A stretch of DNA of 64,000 nt from Clostridia bacterium (GTDB lineage: Bacteria; Bacillota; Clostridia; Oscillospirales; Acutalibacteraceae), in NCBI GenBank assembly GCA_017397125.1, contig JAFQKB010000047.1, positions 36,732 to 100,731 of the forward strand, written 5' to 3'. The position numbers and the translations under genes were made by a program. Below the pieces are notes generated by a model. The model was not told the DNA's origin. It ran no database searches and saw nothing but the letters and a program-made list of their open reading frames with translations. The number at the start of each line of letters is the position of its first letter. Positions within the stretch are counted from its first letter, which is position 1. Shown in pieces: positions 7,310 to 15,603 of this stretch.

Positions 7310-7373
7310 TATGTCGAGAATTATGACAGGATAAAATTAATGAAATAAGATGTGTTCCCTATCGTAATACGGA

Positions 7374-8654
7374 TTATAAATTCAGGCATCCGGCGTCCAG
7401 CATAGATTGTGCAGCCAGTAAGACGCCGATTTTTCCGCTGTGATAGTTAAGCCCACCCTGCATATAGGCTGCATACGGCTCTCTCAGCGGTGCATCCGCA
7501 GACAATTCAATGGATGCACCCATAGTAAACGCTCCGGCGGCCATAATCACCGGACTGGTGTAGCCCGGCATATCCCAGGGCTCCGGCACCACATAAGCAT
7601 CCACCGGTGCGCCTTTCTGCATACCTTGGCAAAATGCGATCAATCCGTCGGAGTTGCGCAGCATAACCGTCTGGATAATATCCGCACGCTTCTCATGTAC
7701 CGTCGGAGACACATCGTAGCCCAACTCGCTAAACAATGCAGCGGCATACACTGCGGTTTTGAGCGCCTCCCCTACCACGTGAGGGGCTTGGAACAAGCCC
7801 ATATATAAGGAACGGTTGTGCCCCAGAGAGGCACCTACCTCACGGCCCAGACCGGGTGTGGTCATACGATAGGAACAAAGCTCAATGCATTCTTTTGTGC
7901 CGCAGAGATAGCCGCCGTTTTCTGCAATGCCGCCACCGGGATTCTTGATCAAAGAGCCCGCAATCAGATCGACGCCCACCTCGTTGGGTTCACGGGTCTC
8001 TACAAACTCGCCGTAACAGTTGTCCACAAAGATGACAACGTCCTCGCGGATGGCGCGCACCGCCTTGACAATGCGGTCGATCCACTGGATGCTCAGGCTG
8101 GGACGGGTGCAATAGCCCCGAGATCGCTGAATATGTACCATTTTAATGCGAGGATTCTTTTCCAAAGCGGCCTGGATACCTTCCAAATCGGGAGTTTCGG
8201 TGTCCTTTAGCAGGTCTACCTGCTCATAAGATACGCCGTACTCAGCTAAAGAGCCGGCAGAAGGCTCGGCGTGACCGATCACCTTCTCTAACGTGTCATA
8301 CGGTGCACCTGTGGCGGCCAGCAGCGTGTCGCCCGGCCGCAAAATGCCGAACAGAGCTATGGTAATGGCGTGGGTGCCCGACACAATGCTGTGCCGGATG
8401 AGAGCATCCTCCGCCCCCATTATGTCAGCCAAAATCTCATCCAGCGCATCTCTACCCTGATCGCCGTAGCCGTATCCGGTAGTGGGATTAAAATGCGTTT
8501 CACTGACACGGTGACGGATATACGCCGACAGCACTTTCTGCTGATTGAACTCGGTAATACGTTCTATCTCAGCAAAAGCTACAGCGGCCGTCTGCTCTGC
8601 TTTATCAGAAAGCTGTTCCAGGCGCGGATCAACCTTAAAAAATGCGGTGTTCAT
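7374..8654 (-). CDS. PLP-dependent methionine gamma-lyase family protein (YnbB / aluminium-resistance-protein-like)
   Basis: 426 aa. The N-terminus (...NQQKVLSAYIRHRVSETHFNPTTGYGYGDQGRD...) and overall length are typical of this family. Confidence 0.8.
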   Translation of the reverse strand: MNTAFFKVDPRLEQLSDKAEQTAAVAFAEIERITEFNQQKVLSAYIRHRVSETHFNPTTGYGYGDQGRDALDEILADIMGAEDALIRHSIVSGTHAITIALFGILRPGDTLLAATGAPYDTLEKVIGHAEPSAGSLAEYGVSYEQVDLLKDTETPDLEGIQAALEKNPRIKMVHIQRSRGYCTRPSLSIQWIDRIVKAVRAIREDVVIFVDNCYGEFVETREPNEVGVDLIAGSLIKNPGGGIAENGGYLCGTKECIELCSYRMTTPGLGREVGASLGHNRSLYMGLFQAPHVVGEALKTAVYAAALFSELGYDVSPTVHEKRADIIQTVMLRNSDGLIAFCQGMQKGAPVDAYVVPEPWDMPGYTSPVIMAAGAFTMGASIELSADAPLREPYAAYMQGGLNYHSGKIGVLLAAQSMLDAGCLNL

Positions 8655-8657
8655 AGT

Positions 8658-9401
8658 TTACGGATTCCTCCCGGTCTTTTCCAGTTCCGCCCAGCCATCG
8701 CAGGGGCGAAATCCTAGTTTTTGATAGAGTTTAGCGGCGTTTTTATTGGCCGGTAATATGTAAAGCAACTTGCCTTTACATCTAGAAAGCAGCGAATTTA
8801 TGCACTTTCCTGCCAATCCTTGCCGCCGAAATGCCGGATCGGTGGCCACCTGGCCCAACAGACAAGCATCCCCAGTCTCCGCTACGGTCATAGCGGTGCT
8901 CACGACCTTATTATCATTCATAACGCAGGCGATCCGGCTGCATTCATGCCGTATTCGATGAGATACGTCGGGATACCAGGCGTTGAATGATGAAATACCC
9001 TCAAAATGGGCCTGCAGCAAGGTGTACACCGACGGCAGATAGGGGCTTTCGCATATATCCGTTGGCGGCTGTGGTGTTTCGCCACAAAACCTCAGCACAT
9101 CCCCTACCCTACCTTGCCAATCGCCTGTGTTCAGCAGCATATTTCCGGTATCCGCCGAGCAGTGCAGGTGGATTATGTCGGGATTCATAGCTAAAAATAC
9201 AATCCATTCATCTGTTACCGTATGGGGGCAGTGTAACACGCCGCACCCATCCATAACCGATAACAAGGAACCCTCTCCATCGGTATAATACTGGATGAAA
9301 GGCACGTCTATCCCGTAGGCACGCTTGAGTCCTACGATCCGTACCAACACCTCATTATCCGCATTAACAGGAAAATCAGCCTCAGTTGCCAGGCGGATCA
9401 T
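8658..9401 (-). CDS. GNAT family N-acetyltransferase
   Basis: The C-terminal acetyl-CoA motif is QVATDPAFRRQGLAGKCI...LYQKLGF. The start was moved to the MIRLATEADF ATG, which overlaps the upstream stop (ATGA). Confidence 0.65.
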   Translation of the reverse strand: MIRLATEADFPVNADNEVLVRIVGLKRAYGIDVPFIQYYTDGEGSLLSVMDGCGVLHCPHTVTDEWIVFLAMNPDIIHLHCSADTGNMLLNTGDWQGRVGDVLRFCGETPQPPTDICESPYLPSVYTLLQAHFEGISSFNAWYPDVSHRIRHECSRIACVMNDNKVVSTAMTVAETGDACLLGQVATDPAFRRQGLAGKCINSLLSRCKGKLLYILPANKNAAKLYQKLGFRPCDGWAELEKTGRNP

Positions 9402-10420
9402 TGGGTCAGCTCCTCTGCCAGCAGGGACAGCAGATTGTACATAGCCTCCACATCCGACACTCGACCCATACATGCCTGGGAATGGATATACCGGCACGGC
9501 AGAGATACAGCGCTCATATGCACACCGGTGCCGCTTACCTGAATAGCACTTGCATTATTGCCGCCGGCTATTTTGTTCTTGGTCTGGTTAGGGATTCCGG
9601 CGCCATCGGCCAGATCGCGGATGCGCTGATACAGAGCACCATCGTACATGGTGACACGATCCGCAAAAGAGACCACAGCCCCCTTACCCATGCAGCATAC
9701 CTGCTCCGGCTCACTGCTGCCGGCTATATCACCGGCGGTGGTGGCTTCTACAGCGATGGCGATATCCGGCTGAATGGCAGTTGCCGCCACGCCGGCACCA
9801 CGGCATCCCAGCTCCTCCTGAACGGTGAAGGAAAGCCACAGATCCCGCTTTGGCTGCTGCTCGGCCAATTGGAGCAGTAAATAACAGCCTACGCGGTCAT
9901 CCACCGCCTTGCCCACAAACAAGTCGTCCTGCAGCCAATTCAGCCCGGCGTCAAAGGTGCCAAAATCGCCGACCTTCACCAGTTTTTTTGCCTCTTCCCT
10001 ATTCTGGGCACCGATATCAATCGCCATTGCGTCCGCAGACGGAACTTTCTTCGACTCGTCACCACCGCATTGGTGCATGGCCTTGCCACCGATCACACCA
10101 ACCTGCGTACCGATGCGTACCCGGTGTCCATACAGCACCTGAGGCAGAATGCCGCCCACGGTGCTAAACCGCAGCATACCATTGTCGAAAATATGAGTAA
10201 CGACAAAGCCGACCTCGTCCATATGCGCATCGAACAGCACCTTTTTCGAGGCGGTGTTCTTGCCGATAAGGTGAACGAGCACGTTGCCCATTGCGTCCAC
10301 CTGCACCTCTTTGGGCGTGGAGCTGGCGTTGAGCTTGTCCAGGATATAGGAGCGAACCGCATTCTCCCGGCCGGAGGGGCCGTCGATGCAGCATAGTTCG
10401 GTCAGCAATTGCTTATTCAT
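9398..10420 (-). CDS. M42 family metallopeptidase (glutamyl aminopeptidase / FrvX-like)
   Basis: Motifs: DGPSGRE, DAHMDEVGFVV and VQEELGCRGA. The start was placed at the ATGA overlap with the upstream paralogue. Confidence 0.85.
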   Translation of the reverse strand: MNKQLLTELCCIDGPSGRENAVRSYILDKLNASSTPKEVQVDAMGNVLVHLIGKNTASKKVLFDAHMDEVGFVVTHIFDNGMLRFSTVGGILPQVLYGHRVRIGTQVGVIGGKAMHQCGGDESKKVPSADAMAIDIGAQNREEAKKLVKVGDFGTFDAGLNWLQDDLFVGKAVDDRVGCYLLLQLAEQQPKRDLWLSFTVQEELGCRGAGVAATAIQPDIAIAVEATTAGDIAGSSEPEQVCCMGKGAVVSFADRVTMYDGALYQRIRDLADGAGIPNQTKNKIAGGNNASAIQVSGTGVHMSAVSLPCRYIHSQACMGRVSDVEAMYNLLSLLAEELTQ

Positions 10421-11442
10421 ACACAAGCACCTCCCTTTTTAATGTAGGCGGCCATCAGATCGCCCACAGCCGCCACGTCCCGCACGTCTACTACCTCAAT
10501 AGGTGTGTGCATATACCGCTGCGGGATGGATAAAAGGGCGCTGGGAACGCCCAACAGAGCGTTGGTTATGTGGTCAGCATCGGTGCCGGTGCGACCGCCC
10601 ATCACCTCTGTCTGATAAGGGATACTGCACTCATCAGCCAGCGAGAGCAGTCGGTCAGACATACGGCCGCTGAGAATGGGAGAAATACCGATCATGACGC
10701 CCTTGCCCAGCTCGCCGCAGGAATGCGGATCAGCATCCGGAGTCAGAGCAAAACTCACGTCGGTAACAATGGCCTCGTCCGGCTGCAGACGGCGCACCGC
10801 CGGTGCGGCACCGCGGCACCCCAGCTCCTCCTGCACGCAAAAGGCCACCGCCACATTCACGTCAACCGGCTCACCCAAAGTTCGCAAACAGTGAAGGATG
10901 GCGGCCATACCGGCCCGGTCATCCAGTGCCTTTGCCGTAACAGCGTTTTCGTTCAACTCGCAAAAGGAGGGTGCAAAAGTGACACGTGTGCCCAAGGGAA
11001 TCTGCGCCTTTGCCTCCTCGGCGGTCAGGCCCAGATCAATGCCTCGTTTAGACAGCTCCGGAAGTTCGCCATCCTTGCCGGCGATGTGGGGCGGCGTAGA
11101 GCAAAACACACCGCGCAGAGGGCCGCCAGGAGCGTGTACCAGTACCTCCTGGGCGGTCAGCACACGTCCGTCAATGCCACCGGCGGGAGCGACGTACATA
11201 AAGCCAGCGCTATCAAAATAGGTAACAAGAAACCCAATCTCATCCAGGTGGGCCTCCAGCATAATGGTGGGGGCATCCGGGTTGGCCGCCTTGCGTACGC
11301 CCAACACACTGCCCATTGCATCCACCTCGATGGTGTCCACCAGGGGGCTGAGCAATTCTTTTGCCACCTCGGTTATCTCAGGCATACCAGCCACACCGGC
11401 CGCCTGACACAGACGGGAAAGATCACGTTTGATTTCGTTCAC
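10417..11442 (-). CDS. M42 family metallopeptidase (second paralogue)
   Basis: Motifs: EAHLDEIGFLV, DDRAGMAA and VQEELGCRGA. Confidence 0.85.
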   Translation of the reverse strand: MNEIKRDLSRLCQAAGVAGMPEITEVAKELLSPLVDTIEVDAMGSVLGVRKAANPDAPTIMLEAHLDEIGFLVTYFDSAGFMYVAPAGGIDGRVLTAQEVLVHAPGGPLRGVFCSTPPHIAGKDGELPELSKRGIDLGLTAEEAKAQIPLGTRVTFAPSFCELNENAVTAKALDDRAGMAAILHCLRTLGEPVDVNVAVAFCVQEELGCRGAAPAVRRLQPDEAIVTDVSFALTPDADPHSCGELGKGVMIGISPILSGRMSDRLLSLADECSIPYQTEVMGGRTGTDADHITNALLGVPSALLSIPQRYMHTPIEVVDVRDVAAVGDLMAAYIKKGGACV

Positions 11443-11463
11443 AGCAGTATTTCCTCTCTCTTC

Positions 11464-12840
11464 TTAATCGTGCAGTGCATTGACCAGGTCCTTAAAATGG
11501 TTGCCGCGCACTTCAAAGTTTTTGTACATATCAAAGCTGGCGCTGGCCGGTGACATAAACACAACGTCGCCATCACCGGCGATTTCTGCTGCGGCAGCCA
11601 CCGCTTCCTCCATATTGGCAACCCGGGTGATGGGCAGATCCGAGTACGTGCGGATAGCTGTTTCGATCGCATCCGCAGTAGCCCCCATCAAAATGGCGTG
11701 CTTGACCGTGTCCACGGCTACCTGCCCCAGCGGATCGTAGGGAATGTGCTTGTCGTAGCCACCGGCGATGAGGATCACCTTGTCCGGGAATGCCACCAGA
11801 CCGGCAATGGTCCGGGACGGACTGGAGCCGATGGAATCGTTGTACCAACGAACCCCACGTCGCTCGCGTACCAACTCGCAACGGTGGGCAACGCCGCCAA
11901 AGGCACGGGCGAACCGGCGAATGGACTCCGGAGAAGCAATACCCCAAACGGCCGCAATAGCGGCCATATAATTCTCAACGTTATGGAAACCGGGTATACG
12001 GATATCATCGACGTGCATAACCACCGTATCCACGCCCTTGTCCGTTACCACGATCTCTCCGGCATCATTCAACCAACACCCATGAGACACCGGTTGCCGA
12101 CGGGAGAACTGCCATACAGATCCAGGACAATCGGCGGCAAAACCCGCCGTCACGGCATTATCCAGGTTCAATACAGCGCGGTCGTGTGTTTGTTGGTGTA
12201 ATACCAGGTTGTGCTTGGCGTCGATGTATTCCTGCATATCCGTGTGCCAGTCCAGGTGGTTTGGTGCTACGTTGGTGACCACCGCCACGTGGGGCGACTG
12301 CTTCATACCGGTCAGCTGAAAGCTGGACAGTTCCACCACCGCCGCATCGGTGGCACGAATGTCGTGAACGTACGGCAGTAGAGCACGACCGATATTGCCA
12401 CCCACAAAGGTTTTGACGCCGGCGGCGTCCAACAGACCCGCCACAATGGTGGTGGTGGTGGTTTTTCCGTCCGAGCCGGTCACCGCATAAATAGGTGCCT
12501 CGCACAGATCGAAGAAAAGTTCCATCTCCGAGGTGACGGTGATACCGCGTGCTCGCGCCGCCTCGAACTGCGGCAGATACGGCTTCATACCGGGCGTGCG
12601 GAGAATCAAATCTACATCTAAATCATCCAGATAGGTGTCCCCCAGCTGCAGTTGCGCACCGGATGCCATCAACTCCTGCGCCGTTTCTCCCAGTTCCTGT
12701 GCACTGCGCCGATCGCAGGCGATAACCTGCGCTCCGGCCTGCAAAAATTGGTGTATGACCGGAACGTTATTGTTGCCTATGCCGCATATCGCTACGCGTT
12801 TTCCGCAAATGCTTTCGAAAAAAGAGCGTGCCTTTGTCAT
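11464..12840 (-). CDS. murD: UDP-N-acetylmuramoylalanine--D-glutamate ligase
   Basis: 458 aa with the Mur ligase P-loop GSDGKTTTTTIV. The overall layout is MurD-like. Confidence 0.9.
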   Translation of the reverse strand: MTKARSFFESICGKRVAICGIGNNNVPVIHQFLQAGAQVIACDRRSAQELGETAQELMASGAQLQLGDTYLDDLDVDLILRTPGMKPYLPQFEAARARGITVTSEMELFFDLCEAPIYAVTGSDGKTTTTTIVAGLLDAAGVKTFVGGNIGRALLPYVHDIRATDAAVVELSSFQLTGMKQSPHVAVVTNVAPNHLDWHTDMQEYIDAKHNLVLHQQTHDRAVLNLDNAVTAGFAADCPGSVWQFSRRQPVSHGCWLNDAGEIVVTDKGVDTVVMHVDDIRIPGFHNVENYMAAIAAVWGIASPESIRRFARAFGGVAHRCELVRERRGVRWYNDSIGSSPSRTIAGLVAFPDKVILIAGGYDKHIPYDPLGQVAVDTVKHAILMGATADAIETAIRTYSDLPITRVANMEEAVAAAAEIAGDGDVVFMSPASASFDMYKNFEVRGNHFKDLVNALHD

Positions 12841-12869
12841 AGCCGAACACCTCTGTGATCAAAAATTTA

Positions 12870-12887
12870 GTATACTAATTAGTATAC
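12870..12887. repeat. Perfect 18-bp palindrome in the murD / DUF2628 divergent promoter region; candidate operator
   Basis: GTATAC-TAATTA-GTATAC. It shares the AGTATACTAA core with the 28-bp palindrome at 7282. Confidence 0.6.
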
Positions 12888-12987
12888 ATTTATTCCATCA
12901 AAATAGCAAGACATAGTTCCCAATTAATTCAAGTATTTTTAAATAAACACTATTTATAAAATTTTTATGAATTCATACATTCTACTG

Positions 12988-13016
12988 TTGCTCTTATGAC
13001 CTAAAACAGGTATAAT
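12988..13016 (+). promoter_or_regulatory. Sigma-A type promoter candidate
   Basis: TTGCTC, 17 nt, TATAAT, located upstream of the 13043 CDS. Confidence 0.5.
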
Positions 13017-13042
13017 ACCTGATATGAAGGAAGTGATGCACC

Positions 13043-13996
13043 GTGTTGTTTTACGAAGGGCTGTCCTGCCCTGTATGCAAAAAGAGATTCGAGGACGGCG
13101 AGGACCTGGTGGTCTGTCCCCACTGCGGTCTGCCCCATCACCGTGCCTGCTGGGTGACCACCGGACAATGCGCCGCCCAGGACAAGCACGATACCCCGGA
13201 GCAGTGGAGCCGTGAAAAGGCCCAGGCGGAGGCAACAAAGGGCCACGTTCCGCCGGACGGTGAGCCTAAAAACAGCCAGATCTGCCCCCATTGCTATACA
13301 CGAAACGCCGAATTTGCAGAATTCTGCAATCACTGCGGTCGTCATTTGCGGTCCACCGACTGGCACAGCGCCCCGGATGCGGCACAACCGCCGGTGGGCG
13401 AATATACGCCATTTCAATCCAACCACTTTGAAGCAGAGAGTTATTCGGCGGCAGAGCGGATCGGCGATTTTTCCGCCAGCGACCTGGCGGCTGTAGTGGG
13501 TAACGGTGCCCGCTATTATATCCCCCGCTTTCACCGCAGCGAGCAAACCGGCTCCGGTGGCTGGAACTGGGCTGCCTTTTGGCTGGGTCCGTTCTGGTTA
13601 TTGTACCGCAAGCAGTATGCCACCGGTATTGCTCTGTTTATTATGCAGACCATCCTGAATCTGGCCACGGTGATACTGTATTTACCTGCCTACACGGCTA
13701 GCACCGAACAGGCTATGTACGAGGCAATGGACCAGATGATGAACGATCCGTTTTTTGTCCCCATTGCGGTGCTGATGATCCTTCTGTTTATCATCCGTAT
13801 CCTGCTGGGCACACGAGGCAACGATCTGTATAAGCTCCATTGCGAAAAAAAGATCCGTGCAGCCCGCCAAAAGACACCTGACCTCTCCTCTGCAGAGCTT
13901 CTGTCTGTGGGTGGTACCTCCATCGGCGCAGCGATACTATTTTATATGCTGTCCACCCTCATTTCTAACGTTTTTACGTATTTTCTTATGATGTAA
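13043..13996 (+). CDS. Zinc-ribbon plus DUF2628-type membrane protein
   Basis: Two CxxC...CxxC ribbons at the N-terminus. Later comes the YYIPRF...GWNWAAFWLGPFWLLYRKQY signature with TM helices. Confidence 0.6.
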   Translation: MLFYEGLSCPVCKKRFEDGEDLVVCPHCGLPHHRACWVTTGQCAAQDKHDTPEQWSREKAQAEATKGHVPPDGEPKNSQICPHCYTRNAEFAEFCNHCGRHLRSTDWHSAPDAAQPPVGEYTPFQSNHFEAESYSAAERIGDFSASDLAAVVGNGARYYIPRFHRSEQTGSGGWNWAAFWLGPFWLLYRKQYATGIALFIMQTILNLATVILYLPAYTASTEQAMYEAMDQMMNDPFFVPIAVLMILLFIIRILLGTRGNDLYKLHCEKKIRAARQKTPDLSSAELLSVGGTSIGAAILFYMLSTLISNVFTYFLMM

Positions 13997-13999
13997 AGG

Positions 14000-14029
14000 A
14001 AAACGGTCGGGTTTTGCCCGGCCGTTTTT
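14000..14029 (+). terminator. Rho-independent terminator
   Basis: AAACGGTCGGG-TTTTG-CCCGGCCGTTTTT. Confidence 0.7.
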
Positions 14030-14039
14030 CATATTTGTG

Positions 14040-14068
14040 TTGCGTTTGACTGAAGAAAAGTGTATAAT
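14040..14068 (+). promoter_or_regulatory. Sigma-A type promoter candidate with an extended -10
   Basis: TTGCGT, 17 nt, (TG)TATAAT. Confidence 0.5.
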
Positions 14069-14106
14069 ACTACAAACAAATTCCACAAATCAAGGATGTG
14101 TGCTGT

Positions 14107-15567
14107 ATGCTCAATACCAATCACCTGGGAAAAGACAATCTGACCATGCTGACCGATTTTTATGAACTGACCATGGCCAACGGTTTCTTTTGCACCAACA
14201 ACGGAGACCGCATTGTGTACTTCGATCTGTTTTTCCGCTCCGTTCCGGACAAGGGCGGCGTAGCCATCATCGCCGGCATCCAACAGGTGATCGACTATAT
14301 CAAGAATCTAGAATTCACCGATGAGGACATTGCGTATCTGCGCAGCAAAAATCTGTTCAACGAGCAGTTTTTGCAGTATCTGCGCAATTTTAAGTTCTGC
14401 TGTGACGTTTGGGCGATCCCGGAGGGAACACCTGTGTTCCCCTATGAGCCGTTGGTCACGGTGCGTGGACCCGCCGTGCAGGCCCAATTTATCGAAACCA
14501 TGCTGCTGGTGCTCATCAACCACCAGTCTCTTATCGCCACCAAGGCCAACCGCATCGTCCGTGCCGCCCAGGGACGGGCGGTTATGGAGTTCGGCTCCCG
14601 CCGCGCCCAGGGCTGCGATGGCGCCATCTACGGCGCCAGAGCCTCCTACATTGCCGGCTGCTGCGGCACCGCCTGCACCATTGCCGACCGTGAGTTTGGC
14701 ATTCCGGCTCTGGGCACCATGGCTCACAGCTGGGTGCAGCTGTTCGACTCCGAGTACGAGGCCTTCAAGGCGTATGCGGAGAATTATCCCGATAATTGCA
14801 CTCTTCTGGTGGATACCTTCAACGTGCTGAAATCCGGCGTGCCCAACGCCATCCGAGTATTCAACGAGGTGCTGGTTCCCAACGGTCATCGCCCCCGCGG
14901 CATCCGCATCGACTCCGGCGACATTACCTATCTCAGCCGCAAGGCCCGCAGGATGCTGGATGAGGCCGGGTTCCCGGACTGCAAGATTACCGCCTCCAAC
15001 TCCTTGGACGAGTACACCATCCAGGATATGATCCGCCAGGGCGCCTGTGTGGACAGCTTTGGCGTGGGCGAGCGTATGATCACCGCCTCCAGCGCCCCGG
15101 TATTCGGCGGTGTCTACAAGCTGGCCGCTGTGGAGCAGGACGGTAAGATCGTCCCCCGCATCAAGATCAGCGAGAATGTGGCTAAGATCACCAACCCCGG
15201 CTTCAAAAAGGTATGGCGCCTGTTTGATAACGAGAACAACAAGGCTATCGCCGACGTAATCACCCTCCACGATGAGATCATCGACGACACGCAGCCCTAT
15301 GAGATTTTTGATCCGGAGCACATCTGGAAGCGTAAGATCGTCACCAATTTCCGGGCTGTCCCTCTGATGGTGCAACTGTTTAAAGAGGGCGAATGCGTCT
15401 ACGAATCCCCCTCGGTGGAGGATATCCGCACCTATTGCGCCCAGCAGATGGACACCATGTGGGATGAGGTTCTGCGCTTTGAAAACCCGCACAAATACTA
15501 CGTGGACCTGTCCCAGCCGCTGTGGGATCAGAAGAACCTGCTGCTGCTCCAGTACGGCTTTGGCTGA
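14107..15567 (+). CDS. pncB: Nicotinate phosphoribosyltransferase
   Basis: The LTMLTDFYELTMANG N-terminus and about 486 aa length fit the family. The start was chosen at the ATG after AAGGA. Confidence 0.88.
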   Translation: MLNTNHLGKDNLTMLTDFYELTMANGFFCTNNGDRIVYFDLFFRSVPDKGGVAIIAGIQQVIDYIKNLEFTDEDIAYLRSKNLFNEQFLQYLRNFKFCCDVWAIPEGTPVFPYEPLVTVRGPAVQAQFIETMLLVLINHQSLIATKANRIVRAAQGRAVMEFGSRRAQGCDGAIYGARASYIAGCCGTACTIADREFGIPALGTMAHSWVQLFDSEYEAFKAYAENYPDNCTLLVDTFNVLKSGVPNAIRVFNEVLVPNGHRPRGIRIDSGDITYLSRKARRMLDEAGFPDCKITASNSLDEYTIQDMIRQGACVDSFGVGERMITASSAPVFGGVYKLAAVEQDGKIVPRIKISENVAKITNPGFKKVWRLFDNENNKAIADVITLHDEIIDDTQPYEIFDPEHIWKRKIVTNFRAVPLMVQLFKEGECVYESPSVEDIRTYCAQQMDTMWDEVLRFENPHKYYVDLSQPLWDQKNLLLLQYGFG

Positions 15568-15603
15568 TAATCAGCATCTTTAATTCAGAGGAGGTGTCGG
15601 AAA

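Larger units (their letters stand above)
836..7330 (-). mobile_element. Integrated gokushovirus-like Microviridae genome (prophage) with an adjacent tyrosine integrase; boundaries approximate
   Basis: All genes are on the minus strand. VP4, VP2, VP1, VP3, a VP5-like protein and a small basic protein are recognisable from conserved motifs. GC is about 42-50% here versus about 57-67% in flanking host genes. Housekeeping genes lie on both sides. Confidence 0.85.

Noticed and set aside
780-7373. Direct repeats marking attL/attR of the microvirus
   Set aside because: I compared 780-900 with 7227-7373 by eye. Only a 6-mer (TGAAAT) is shared, which is not significant. The att sites therefore remain undefined, and the element borders are compositional estimates.
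14308-15492. Long antisense ORFs. Examples: 14308-15492, 19603-21009, 29635-30531, 30913-32121, 33105-34007, 38239-39111, 39556-40683, 43353-44264, 49513-50955, 52883-54163 and 62023-63072.
   Set aside because: Each lies opposite a gene with clear family motifs. Each translates to repetitive G/A/R/L/H/Q-rich sequence without motifs. This is a high-GC stop-codon-depletion artefact.
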